Below, in pieces: positions 43,451-56,674 of a stretch of 64,000 nucleotides of DNA; position 1 is the stretch's first letter; the number at the start of each line of letters is the position of its first letter. Origin of the DNA: Eledone cirrhosa (taxonomy: Eukaryota); NCBI GenBank assembly GCA_964016885.1, contig OZ024761.1, positions 14,012,001 to 14,076,000 on the forward strand, written 5' to 3'. Made by a program: the position numbers and the translations under genes. Below the pieces are notes generated by a model. It ran no database searches and was not told the DNA's origin. It saw only the letters and a program-made list of their open reading frames with translations.

Positions 43451-43464
43451 ATATATAGAGAGAG

Positions 43465-43839
43465 AATTTGAAGTTTGAAAGCCATTGCAATGCAAAATGG
43501 ACAAATAAAGAAATCAGATGAAACAAGATATGTGTTTTACCTTAATTTATTTATATGTCCTAATATTTTGAGATTAAGATCTCTTCTTCTGAGGGAAATA
43601 AAAGGGACTAATCTAGTGTTTGTCGGAATGCGCTATACCACTTCTGCAATTCCGGCAGCATGGTATACATATTCATATGGACATTGGATTAGTCCCTTAT
43701 ATTTCCCCCAGAAGAAGAGATTTTGATCTCGAAATATCAGGAGATGTAAATAGATTAAAGTAAAACACAAAACATCTTGTTTCATCTGATTTCTTTATTC
43801 GTCCATTTTGCATTGTCGTGGCTTCTCAAACTTCAAATT
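43465..43839. mobile_element. Diverged fold-back palindrome, ~155-bp arms
   Basis: 43465-43620 pairs with 43680-43839. The right arm has CAGAAGA-A-GAGAT(TTTG)ATCTC-GAAA-TA-TC, a one-mismatch hammerhead core. Confidence 0.6.
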
Positions 43840-43882
43840 ATATATAACATTCACAATTCTTCAAGTAAACTACAAATACCTC

Positions 43883-43956
<74 letters not shown>

Positions 43957-44161
43957 AAAAGGGAGTAAGGTTATAGAGAAAAACAGGTTATAGGGAAATA
44001 GCATGGAAAATGTATTTAAGGGATCTTTTTTTTTCTTTGATTCGTCAAAGTGACATTATTGAAATAATGAGAGGAGCAATTTAAAAAAAAAAGGAGTTTT
44101 ATAATATAGAAAAAGAAAAACAGATCCTTTAAATATATTTTTCATGCTATTTCCAATTCCA

Positions 44162-44240
<79 letters not shown>

Positions 44241-44979
44241 TTATATATATACATATATATCAAAATGAAGTAACGGAGTCAGAAACTCATGTTAGTCCCT
44301 GTAATTCTTGAGCTCAAAGGAAAAAGAATCCCGGATCTTCAAATATAATATAGAGAAAAAAACACACTAACTTGATAAACACACACTCTCTCTAGTGTGT
44401 TTCCTTCTCTATAATATATATATATATATATGTATGTATATAGGAGACAACTTTCCTGTGATATTTCTGTTCATACTTGTTATATTGAAAACATGACTAT
44501 ACTCCAGTATGATTATTTACATTAAGAATATGTCATATATCTTCGTTAGTTCTTTATGCTTAGATTGGAATTGTAGCATTCCCAAATTTATGTGTGTATT
44601 AATGTTTGAAAACTTTCACAGTCCTAATAAGGAAATATGAAAAGTCCTGAAAAAAATATGACTAAGTTGCAGCATATATATATATATATATGTTATTTTA
44701 TGTTTTATTATATCTATTGTTATTTATGTTTTCTTATGGGTTTTTCTAATAGTTGTGTACCCATTGAAGGTTAGATTTTCAATAGCTGTATTAACCCTTT
44801 TATTATGGCTTATAGTCATGAAACAGAATATTTTATTAGGGCTTATAGTCATGAAATAGAGTATTTTAGTTGTTTTCGTTGTTACAGCTCACACCTATGC
44901 AGGTTTAGCTGACCTCCTCCAAGGTATATCTTGTTGGAGGTGTCTTGGGTGATTTAATGATAGGGACCCCACTCCTATC

Positions 44980-45125
44980 ATCACATTTCTACAGCTGAGT
45001 AAACTGGAGCAACATGAAATAAAGTGTCTTGCTAAAGGAAACAACACATCACCCGGTCCGAGAATTGAACTCACAACCTTTCAATTGCAAGCCCAATGCT
45101 CTAACCACTAAGCCATGCGCCTTCA
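44980..45125 (-). mobile_element. Second tRNA-derived SINE family (related copies 59615-59750 -, 60002-60180 +, 17613-17800 +)
   Basis: Minus strand reads ggcgcatggcttagtggttagagcattgggcttgcaa...gagttcaattctc followed by gcaagacactttatttca. Confidence 0.7.
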
Positions 45126-45777
45126 GTAGGGGTCATGAAACAAAATATTTTATTAGGGTTAGCGTGATACAGAAACCTAGAGGATGGGGTGTCTACTTAC
45201 TATTGTATAGGCTCTGGATTCCGTCAATATCATGTTGATGAAGGGTGAAATTCTCATTGTAATCCTCGGAAAAAGGGTTCATCACAGACTCTGCAGACTG
45301 GGAGTGTCCCAGCCCTAAAGAATTCTCTCTACTCATCTCTGGCATGGTTTCTACAGCTGTATACCCTCCAGACCACTATATATATCCTGGCTGCATTTCA
45401 TCATAGCATCAACACAAGGCATGTTATCATGTCTTTCACACAACTGAAGAGTCTTCTCTGCTATTTTGGATTGGTTTCTACATCTTGATGCCCTTCATAA
45501 CATTCAACAACTTTACAGAGTGTACTGGGTGCATTTTATCATGACACCAGCAATAGACATAAACAAGGAGTTCTCTCTACCCTATGTTGTTTACCCCCTA
45601 ATACAATACAAAACCTAAGATAATATTGAGTACCTTCAAGATATGTTCCTTGAATATTTAGGGCTATTCAAGTTCCTGTGCCATATATTACAAAAGAACC
45701 CTCAACTCCTAGATAAGCTTTTTGCCTTGCAGATAGAACCAAATGCTCAATATTTGCTTCCATGGGTACACAACCAT

Positions 45778-45835
<58 letters not shown>

Positions 45836-45963
45836 TTATATATATATATATATGCATTATATGAATGAAATTATATATTTTTCACTCTTGAACAAAATGT
45901 TATTCACTAAAACATCATTATGTCTTCACTATTGTTGTTGTCATGTTACCCCCCGCCCCTCTC

Positions 45964-45994
<31 letters not shown>

Positions 45995-46000
45995 CATACA

Positions 46001-46034
<34 letters not shown>

Positions 46035-46650
46035 TGATGGAGATGGGTCATTGAAATAAAATTTACAGCAAGTCTTCCAGTACGGCCTTCTGTCGTCATT
46101 TTAAATACTCTTTTACACTTTAACCTGTTCCAGCCATCCGGCTGAGGCCATGCTGGGGCACCGCCCTTGTTGCTACACACTCTATCTTCAGCCTGTGTTG
46201 GCTGGTCATTGGTGTAAGAGGGAGTTTGTTGCTGCTGCCCTTAGGTTACCTTGTACCATCCTGTGGGCTCATCTGGGATCCCGGAGAGCAGTGTGTTGAG
46301 AGGTTTCTTGAAGACATCCACATCCACACCATGCCGATCTCTCAGATCCCTCGGCAGCTTGTTGTATATATTTAAAATGACAACAGTACTGGAAGATATG
46401 TTGTATATATATATCATCATCATCATCGTTTAACGTCAATCTTCCACGCTAGCATGGGTTTAGATGGGAGTTGTCCCACTTGAGGCAAGATTGGTTGTCT
46501 TGCTCGTATAGGACTGTCTGGCGGGTTTACTACAGCTGGATGCCCTTCCTAACACCAACCACGTTTACAGTGTGGACTGGGAGGTTTTTACAGTGTTACC
46601 TACACAGCCACATTACAGCGTGGACTGTGTGTTTTTTGTCGTGACACCTA

Positions 46651-46703
<53 letters not shown>

Positions 46704-47189
46704 AGGAAATGCCAGTTGAAGGAAGACGTGGTAGAGGTAGACCATGACAAACATGGGTGGAGGTGGTAAGGACAGACCTCAGATCGCTGAAGCTCACAGA
46801 GGAGATGATGAATGACCGTGACAAGTGGAGAGATGCTGGGCTGAATAAGACCCGTCCCACCTTTGCAAGCAGAGTAAAGTGAATGTAAAATGATGATGAT
46901 GATGATGATGATGATTATATATATATATATATACCGTATTTCCCGGCGTTGAAGATGCTACTTTTTTCCTAAAATAAATCTCAAAAATCTACCCAGCGTC
47001 CTGCAGCCCAAAGGTTGTTACTCCAAGAATCTAATATCCATAAATTTTCATTACACAAGCTAAATAAATAAACAAACAAACAAACAAACAAACCATAATT
47101 AAAACAAAAATAAAAAGAAGACATAATCTTGTTTTAATATTTTAAACTACTTTTTTTCCTTTTTTGCTTTTATTATTATTATTATTCCT

Positions 47190-47500
47190 CAAATCCTGCC
47201 GAGGTTAACTTTGCCTTTCATCCTTACGGGGTCGATAAAATAAAGTACCAGTAATGTACTGGGATAATTGCTGGCCTTGTGCCTAACGTAGAAACAATTA
47301 TTATTATTGTATTGGCAGTATCGGTAGAGTGTCAGACACCATGCTTTGCAGCACAGAGTTATGGCCCTTTACGCCCAGAGTTCAAATCCCACTGAGGTTA
47401 ACTTAGTTTTTCATTTTTCATCCTTATGGGGTTGATAAAATGAAGTACCAGTAATACACTGGAGGTAATTGCTGGGCATTATGCCAAAAGTAGAAACAAC
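47190..47500 (+). mobile_element. Two tandem tRNA-derived SINE copies
   Basis: Core and tail are repeated twice. Confidence 0.8.
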
Positions 47501-47752
47501 TATTAAATAATCATACTATGTTGTTCATGTGGTTGTTATAGAATGGTGGGCCAATAAAGTAAATACCAGCCATGTACTGGGGGGAGGGATCTGGTGGGAT
47601 TTTGTTTCATCGTTCAGCGTTCCTCTTCCACACTAACATGGGTTGGATGGGTTTGTCCCATTTGAAGCCAGATTGGTCGGGTGACCCTGTCTCGCTCGTA
47701 TAGAACTGTTTTCGGCTGGTTTTCTATGACTGGATGCCCTTCCTGATGCCAA

Positions 47753-48505
47753 CCACATTTACAGTGTGGACTGGGAGCCTTTTGACCATGTCTCCTACAC
47801 GGCCACTTTACAGTGTGGACTGGGAGCCTTTTGACCATGTCTCCTACATGGCCACTTTACAGTGTGGACTGGGAGCCTTTTGACCATGTCTCCTACACGG
47901 CCACTTTACAGTGTGGACTGGGAGCCTTTTGACCATGTCTCCTACATGGCCACTTTACAGTGTGGACTGGGAGCCTTTTGACCATGTCTCCTACACGGCC
48001 ACTTTACAGTGTGGACTGGGAGCCTTTTGACCATGTCTCCTACATGGCCACTTTACAGTGTGGACTGGGAGCCTTTTGACCATGTCTCCTACACGGCCAC
48101 TTTACAGTGTGGACTGGGAGCCTTTTGACCATGTCTCCTACACGGCCACTTTACAGTGTGGACTGGGAGCCTTTTGACCATGTCTCCTACACAACCACTT
48201 TACAGTGTGGACTGGGAGCCTTTTGACCATGTCTCCTACATGGCCACTTTACAGTGTGGACTGGGAGCCTTTAGTTGTATCTCCTACACGACCACTTTAC
48301 AGTGTAGACTAGATGCTTTTTGCCTTGTCTCCTACCTGACCCCTTTACAGTGAGGACTGGGTGCTTTTTGCCTTGTCTCCTACCTGACCACTTTACAGTG
48401 AGGACTGGGTGCTTTTTACCTTGTCTCTTACCTGACCACTTTACAGTGTGGACTGGGTGCTTTTTGTTGTATCTCCTACACAACCACTTTACAGTGTGGA
48501 TTGGA
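47753..48505. repeat. 49-nt minisatellite (~15 units) inside a SINE-like element
   Basis: Unit ccactttacagtgtggactgggagccttttgaccatgtctcctacacgg. Confidence 0.9.
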
Positions 48506-48975
48506 TGTTCTGTAACTTTCTCATTATTAAGCTAACATTCGGAACATAACTTAATGAAGGTTCTTACAAAACATTAGAAGTTTATTCATTTATCCTCTCC
48601 ACTCCCCCACCCCTGTTCATAACAACAAGAACAACATATATATTAACTGTTTGTTTCTCTTTCAGGTCTATTGTTGTTGTTTACTGATGATGGTTTTTCT
48701 TTGCAGCTATTTAAGTTGAAGAGCTTTGGTGGGGTGGAGGTTCAGGAAGTGGTGGTGTTCATCTCCTGGTGTCATCTGTCTATTTTCTCTCTCTCTTTCT
48801 CTCTTCTTGCCCCCCCCCCCCTTCTATTCCTCTCCTCTTCCCGCTCTCTTTCTCTCTCCTTCCTTGTCTTCCTCTCTCTTCTCTTCCATTGTCTCTTACA
48901 TTCAACAACAACATAAATACAGCGGAACCTTGCTTCACTCCCGAATCACTTCACAAACACCTCTGAGGTTGTGAT

Positions 48976-49204
48976 TTAACCCTTTACCAACCACATTACT
49001 CTTTATCCACTATTGTATTTTCGCAGAAAAGTCTTTACCTCACATGATGACCTTACATAATATCGAATCTACGAGATTTTGATATTATTTATTTTGAGAA
49101 CAATACCTTAACATCAGTATGAGTGGTTAGTTAGGTCCAATTTTAACAGAAAGAGGTGAGAAAATTCTGGCCGGATACGGCCGGTTTAAATGCTAAAAGG
49201 TTAA
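48976..49204. mobile_element. piggyBac-like MITE (further copies 50574-50854 and a 3' part at 59750-59831)
   Basis: TTAAcccttta ... taaatgctaaaaggTTAA with the family's internal sequence. Confidence 0.75.
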
Positions 49205-49419
49205 AGTTGGATGTCATTTGTGGTGTCAATTCTTATAGACACCCTCTTACGATATTCAGGGATATGGGATCATCATCTTACATCCATTCTTCCATGCTAG
49301 CATGGGTTAGATGGGTTGTCCTGTTGTGGGCAGTGTCCGGTCGGTTGACCTTGTCTTGCTCATACGGGAACTGATTCTGGCTTGATTTCTACAGCTGGAT
49401 GCCCTTCCTAACACCAACC

Positions 49420-50410
49420 TCATTTACAGTGAGTACTGGATGCTTTTCTTCCATGGTGCCTACATGTCCACTTTACAGTGAGGGCTGGATGCTTTTCTTC
49501 CATGGCGCCTACATGTCCACTTTACAGTATGGGCTGGATGCTTTTCTTCCATGGCGCCTACATGTCCACTTTACAGTATGGGCTGGATGCTTTTCTTCCA
49601 TGGCGCCTACATGTCCACTTTACAGTATGGGCTAGGTGCTTTTCTTCCATGGTGCCTACATGTCCACTTTACAGTGAGGGCTGGATGCTTTTCTTCCATG
49701 GCGCCTACATGTCCACTTTACAGTATGGGCTGGGTGCTTTTCTTCCATGGTGCCTACACGTCCACTTTACAGTGAGGGCTGGATGCTTTTCTTCCATGGT
49801 GCCTACATGTCCACTTTACAGTGAGGGCTGGATGCTTTTCTTCCATGGTGCCTACATGTCCACTTTACAGTGAGGGCTGGATGCTTTTCTTCCATGGCGC
49901 CTACATGTCCACTTTACAGTGAGGGCTGGATGCTTTTCTTCCATGGCGCCTACATGTCCACTTTACAGTATGGGCTGGGTGCTTTGCTTCCATGGTGCCT
50001 ACATGTCCACTTTACAGTGAGGGCTGGATGCTTTTCTTCCATGGCGCCTACATGTCCACTTTACAGTATGGGCTGGGTGCTTTTCTTCCATGGTGCCTAC
50101 ATGTCCACTTTACAGTGAGGGCTGGATGCTTTTCTTCCATGGTGCCTACATGTCCACTTTACAGTGAGGGCTGGATGCTTTTCTTCCATGGCGCCTACAT
50201 GTCCACTTTACAGTATGGGCTGGGTGCTTTTCTTCCATGGTGCCTACATGTCCACTTTACAGTGAGGGCTGGGTGCTTTTCTTCCATGGTGCCTACATGT
50301 CCACTTTACAGTATGGGCTGGGTGCTTTTCTTCCATAGTGCCTACACGTCCACTTTACAGTGTGGGCTGGGTGCTTTTTTGCCATGGCGCCTACACAATC
50401 ACTTTGCAGT
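49420..50410. repeat. 49-nt minisatellite (~20 units) inside a second copy of the same element
   Basis: Unit tccactttacagtgagggctggatgcttttcttccatggcgcctacatg. Confidence 0.9.
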
Positions 50411-51358
50411 GGGAGGGGGTGGGGGCATATTGTCTATATGCTTCAGCTTCGGCTTGTACCCATGGGATACATAGTGTACACGAGATATAGGCAGTAAAAC
50501 ATCAGGAATACTACACATCGTCTGCTACTAAATTTGTTTCTCAGACACCCTTGCAATCCTCACAGAGTTCCCTTTAACCCTTTACCAATCACATTCCTCT
50601 ATAAAATAAAGTACCAGTAATGCACTGGGTAATTGCTGGCCTTGTGCCTAAAGTAGAAACAATTATATTTTCACAATAAAGTCTTTATCTCACATAATTA
50701 TCTCACATAATATCGAATCTACGAGATTTTAATGATATTTATTTTGAGAACAATACCTTAACATCAGTATGAGTGGCCAGTTATGGCTGATTTGAACAGA
50801 AATAGGTGAGAGAATTCTGGCCGGATATGGCCAGTTTAAATGCTAAAGGGCTAACTTGCAATAAGACAACAGATAACCATTACCACCACCACCACCACTT
50901 AAGTGACTATATTTCAACAGTAGGACAACAGATGACCACCACCACCACTGCCACCACCACCACTACCACCACCACCACCACCACCACCACCACCACCACC
51001 ATCACTACCACCACCACCACCACTGCCACCACCACCACCACCACCATCGCCGTCACCACCATCACTACCACCACTGATACCAACAAGTGTTGATGGTGAT
51101 GGATTTCCATTTTTTTAATTTTTTTTTACCTATTAATCTTTTAAACTTTTACTAGTTTCAGTTGTTAGACTACGGCCATGCTGGAGCACTGCTTTTTTAC
51201 TTATATATAAATAAATATATATATATGTTTATATATATGTTTATATATATATATATGTGTGTGTATATGTATATATAATATTGTTTCTTTTGTTTGTTTT
51301 TTGTCTCTCCTTGACCATTCAGAAACTAATTCTCTTTTTTCTTCTCTTTTTTTTTTCT

Positions 51359-51427
<69 letters not shown>

Positions 51428-51648
51428 TCTCTCTCTCTCACACGTGCGTGTGTATATTCTCACACTTGTGTGTCCATTATATACATACATACATGCATGC
51501 ATTCACTCATACACACACACACTCACATTCACACATTCACACACACACACACTGCTACTGATACCATGTGTGTGTTTGTGTGTTTTTCTCTGTGTGTGTG
51601 TGTGTGCGTTTGTGTTTGTGTGTGTTTGTGTGCACATGTATATATGTA

Positions 51649-51679
<31 letters not shown>

Positions 51680-51916
51680 ATCTATATATCCCTCTCTCTG
51701 TCCCTCTCTCGCTCTCTCTGTCCCTCTCTTTCTCTCTCCCCATCCCCCTCTCTCTCTCTCTGTCCCTGTCTTTCTCTCTCTCTGTCCCTCTCTCTGTCCC
51801 TGTCTTTCTCTCTCTCTGTCCCTATCTCTCTCTCTTTCTCTCTCTGGGGCTCTAACTGCTCTTCCCCTCACCCCGTACCCCCTGCTGCACCCTTCTACAA
51901 CCATTTCCATTGACAG

Positions 51917-52025
51917 TATTCTACAATATCACGTAAATTTGTTGAAGTCATGAATGATTACAACACAACACAGATAGACTACAGAGACCGGTGTAAAGCT
52001 CGCATAAAAAGACAGATGGAGATAA
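51917..52025 (+). CDS. STX1A: Syntaxin-1 Hc-helix exon, alternative copy A ('6a'), 109 nt, phase 0/1
   Basis: gacag acceptor and A|GTAAGG donor. Translates [36 protein letters not shown](T) with no stop or frameshift. Not shown in this frame by the ORF track. Confidence 0.93.
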
Positions 52026-52266
52026 GTAAGGTTCTACAATAGATTTCACTCATGTCCTTCTCTAATACTTCTATTTTCATTCCTTCTTCACTCGTTCTTC
52101 ACTACTTATTCAATATGATTCACTTGTTCTTCTCGTCAGTTTTTTCTTTTCTTTTCTTTTCCTTTTCTTCTCCTTTTCTTCTTTTTCTTCTTCTTCTTGC
52201 TCTCGTCTTCACTTCACATAGATGTAGTCTTACTTTCTTTTATCTTTCTAGTGTAGATGGATGTCT

Positions 52267-52304
<38 letters not shown>

Positions 52305-53013
52305 ATGCTCATGTATGTGTGTGTGCGTATGTGAGTGTCTGGATGTATGCGTGTATTTATGTGTGCATGTGTGTGTGCATGTGTGTGTGTGGATGTGTGT
52401 GTGTGTGCATGCTCGTGTATGTGTGCGTGCGTTTGTGAGTGTGTGGATGTATGCGTGTATTTATGTGTGCATGTGTGTGTGCATGTGTGTGTGTGTGGAT
52501 GTGAGTGTGTGTGTGCATGTGTGAGTGTGTGCGTCTGTATGCATGTGTGTGGATATGTATATATATATGATGCATGTATATAGTGATATTTGATACACAT
52601 ATCTGGTGCATCTCTTTGTATGTGTGTATGTGTGTATGTATGTATGTGTGTGTGTGTATATAAAAGTATATATATGTGCCTGTATATGTACATATGTGGG
52701 TGTATGTACATATGTGCGTGTATGTACATGTGTATGTGTCTGTGTATATGTACATGTGTCTGCGTGTGTATGGTGTCACATGCCCATAGAAAATTAACAA
52801 TAATCATTAAATACTTCGTTATTAGTTCCAGCTGTCAGAACACTCGGAGTTCAAACTCTGCCAGGGTCAACTCCATGGATCAATAAATAAAGTAGCAGTC
52901 CAGCGTGGATAGGAGGATGAGGGGGGTAGAAGATTCGTTGCAATTGTTAAAGAGCCAGACAAAATATTTTGCATAATCTTAGCTGGTTCTGTGCATTCTG
53001 AGTTCAAATCCTG

Positions 53014-53742
53014 CTTTCTTCTGCCAGGAGTTGTGACTAACAGATAGTATCAGCAATGGAAAGACCAATGGAAACATTGTTTCCTTGGTCTGGTCTGATG
53101 ATCAGCTCCTTTCTTCTGCCAGGAATTGTGACCGACAGATTGTATCAGCAATGGAAAGACCAATGGAAACATTGTTTCATTGGTTTGATCTGATGATCAG
53201 CCCCTTTCTTCTGCCAGGAATTGTGACTGACAGATAGTATCAGCAATGGAAAGACCAATGGAAACATTGTTTCATTGGTCTGATCTGATGATCAGCTCCT
53301 TTCTTCTGCCAGGAATTGTGACTAACAGAGAGTATCAGCAATGGAAAGACCAATGGAAACATTGTTTCATTGGTCTGGTCTGATGATCAGCTCCTTTCTT
53401 CTGCCAGGAATTGTGACTAACAGATAGTATCAGCAATGGAAAGACCAATGGAAACATTGTTTCATTGGTCTGATCTGATGATCAGCTCCTTTCTTCTGCC
53501 AGGAATTGTGACTAACAGATAGTATCAGCAATGGAAAGACCAATGGAAACATTGTTTCATTGGTCTGGTCTGATGATCAGCTCCTTTCTTCTGCCAGGAA
53601 TTGTGACTAACAGATAGTATCAGCAATGGAAACATTGTTTCATTGGTCTGATCTGATGATCAGCTCCTTTCTTCTGCCAGGAATTGTGACTGACAGATAG
53701 TATCAGCAATGGAAAGACCAATGGAAACATTGTTTCCTTGGT
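53014..53742. repeat. 95-nt tandem repeat (~8 units) with an internal hairpin
   Basis: Unit starts at 53014, 53109, 53204. Hairpin agaccaatggaaaca/tgtttcattggtct. Single-copy relative at ~1745-1820 (-). Confidence 0.9.
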
Positions 53743-53994
53743 TCAAATACCTAAAATAATTATTTTCAGTAGTCTCCAAACAAGACAAAATCGAAAATAT
53801 ATTAGTAAAATCCATGAAGGGAATCAGTCTAAAAAATTTGGGATAGATTCCTCTCATTCTCTGTACTGGATGAGGTCATACACACACATGAACACAAAAC
53901 AGACGCATAGACACACATTATACATATATATACACGGGTGTGTGTGTGTATACTTTGATAGAAGTGTGTGTTTGTGCATATATGAGAGTGTCTG

Positions 53995-54285
53995 TATGCA
54001 TATATGTGTGCGTGCATGTATGAGGGTCTGTGTGTGTATGTGCATATATGTGTGCGTGCATGTATGAGGGTCTGTGTGTGTATGTGCATATATGTGTGCG
54101 TGCATGTATGAGGGTCTGTGTGTGTATGTGCATATATGTGTGTGTGCATGTATGAGGGTCTGTGTGTGTATGTGCATATATGTGTGCGTGCATGTATGAG
54201 GGTCTGTGTGTGTATGTGCATATATGTGTGCGTGCATGTATGAGGGTCTGTGTGTGTATGTGCATATATGTGTGTGTGCATGTAT
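53995..54285. repeat. 44-nt tandem repeat (~7 units), each containing TGCATG
   Basis: Unit tgcatatatgtgtgcgtgcatgtatgagggtctgtgtgtgtatg. Confidence 0.9.
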
Positions 54286-54366
54286 GTCAGTCTTTTTTTA
54301 CACTTTATGCTTTTTCTTCTTTTTTCTTCACTTTTTCTATTTTCACAAAATATTCCTTCATGATAA

Positions 54367-54444
<78 letters not shown>

Positions 54445-54766
54445 TGTGTGTGCATATATAGCTATATAGAGATTTATATGCATGTGTGTATATATATATG
54501 TGTGTGCCTGTATGTATATACACATATGCATCTGGCATCATCAACCAACATGTAGACACATAGACTCACACGTGACTAGCTGTGAATGTTACACATCTTT
54601 TATACTAATATATATATGTGAATGCTGACACATGCATGCCTCTCTCTCTCTCACACACATACACACACTCAAACAAAAGTACACACACACGCACAAACAC
54701 CTTACACTACTTTCATTCATCATCATTTCATATTTTCTCCTAGAATAACTGACCATTTTATATATA

Positions 54767-54814
<48 letters not shown>

Positions 54815-54848
54815 TCATCATCTCATATTTTCTTCAAGAATAACTGAC

Positions 54849-54897
<49 letters not shown>

Positions 54898-54932
54898 TCA
54901 TCTCATATTTTCTTCAAGAATAATTGACCATT

Positions 54933-54978
<46 letters not shown>

Positions 54979-55015
54979 CATCATCATCTCATATTTTCTC
55001 CAAGAATAACTGACC

Positions 55016-55055
<40 letters not shown>

Positions 55056-55092
55056 TCATCATCTCATGTTTTCTTCAAGAATAATTGACCGT

Positions 55093-55128
<36 letters not shown>

Positions 55129-55195
55129 CGCGTAAACATATCATCATTCACACGATATTTCATCATAGGCTACCAATTGTTTCATGTTTCAACAG

Positions 55196-55212
55196 CGAAG
55201 TTATGTAAGGGG
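55196..55212 (+). other. Candidate microexon (17 nt, or 9 nt with the upstream donor) between the two alternative exons
   Basis: ttgtttcatgtttcaacag|CGAAGTTATGTAAGGGG|gtaagt; alternative donor gtaagg at 55205. Splice-site motifs only, no transcript evidence. Confidence 0.2.
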
Positions 55213-55557
55213 GTAAGTGTTTAGCCGTGGTTGTGCTTTGGGATTACAGATATGTGTATATATATATATATATATACACATATGAATATTCTCACAGTCT
55301 CTTCACACTTCCATTTGTAGCGGTCACCAGCATCCTGTCCAGTTCCAGGCCCTGTCCTTCCATCTATCCCCCATCTATATCAGAGCCACTTCTGTTGTTT
55401 TTTTTTTTATGTTTTACTTATTTCTTTCATTTAATCTTATATATTTGTTTTTCATTTTCTTCACCAATTTTTTTTGAAAGTTTTCTTACAAAGAAAAAAA
55501 AAAACAAATACTTCAATGTTTTATTTTGGCCATTGGCTATAGTTGTTGTTGTTGTTG

Positions 55558-55603
<46 letters not shown>

Positions 55604-55640
55604 CGTTCTTTGTTCTACTGACCTGGTTTAATTTCTGCAT

Positions 55641-55676
<36 letters not shown>

Positions 55677-55949
55677 GTGTGTATAGATATATATATGTGT
55701 ATATATATATATATATATAGATGTATATGTATATATATATATCTATATATGTATATATGCGTGTGTGTATATAAATATGTATATATATTTATATATATAT
55801 ATAATATATATATATACATATATAGTATGCATTTGTTAATGTAATGTATTATTTGTATGTAATATATATGTGTGTGCACACACACATATATATATATGTA
55901 TATATATATATATGTATATATACATATATATATATGTGTGCACACACAC

Positions 55950-56014
<65 letters not shown>

Positions 56015-56018
56015 CATT

Positions 56019-56062
<44 letters not shown>

Positions 56063-56404
56063 CATTTGTATCACAAAAGAGGTATGTTTTGTTTTTTCTT
56101 TATTTTTTCATTATTCTTCTTTGTATTTTTTTTTTAATTTGAAACTTCATTAATATCTTCAGTTTAATACATTTAATTATAAATATATAGGTGTGTGAGT
56201 GTATATATATAAATATATATATATATACATACATGCATACATATATACATAGTGAAGCACGCAATTATATATTCTTAATCCAGGATTTGTTTTGATTAAT
56301 TTTCAACTAGTTTTTAACTCCTTCCCTTGTTACTTGTTCACCTGATTTCATTGCCCCCACCCACTGCCCTACCAATATTTCCTCCCCTATGTATGTGTGG
56401 AGTG

Positions 56405-56435
<31 letters not shown>

Positions 56436-56494
56436 TTATATATATATATATATGTATATATATGTATATATATATGTGTGTGTGTGTGAATGTT

Positions 56495-56527
<33 letters not shown>

Positions 56528-56548
56528 CTATATATATATATATGAATG

Positions 56549-56579
<31 letters not shown>

Positions 56580-56584
56580 GAATG

Positions 56585-56628
<44 letters not shown>

Positions 56629-56630
56629 TG

Positions 56631-56665
<35 letters not shown>

Positions 56666-56674
<9 letters not shown>

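Noticed and set aside
48640-48780. Two strong acceptor-like sites (AG at 48664-48665 and 48705-48706)
   Set aside because: No syntaxin similarity and no convincing donor downstream, so they cannot be supported as an exon.
51917-52025. Exon 6a as a pseudo-exon or part of a second syntaxin gene
   Set aside because: Intact frame and splice sites, mostly conservative substitutions with saturated flanking synonymous sites, and no other duplicated exon nearby.
53014-53742. Tandem hammerhead array (units contain GAAA, a hairpin and CTGATGA)
   Set aside because: The cleavage-site base would be G, and there is no room for helix I between the hairpin and CTGATGA. At most a decayed relic.
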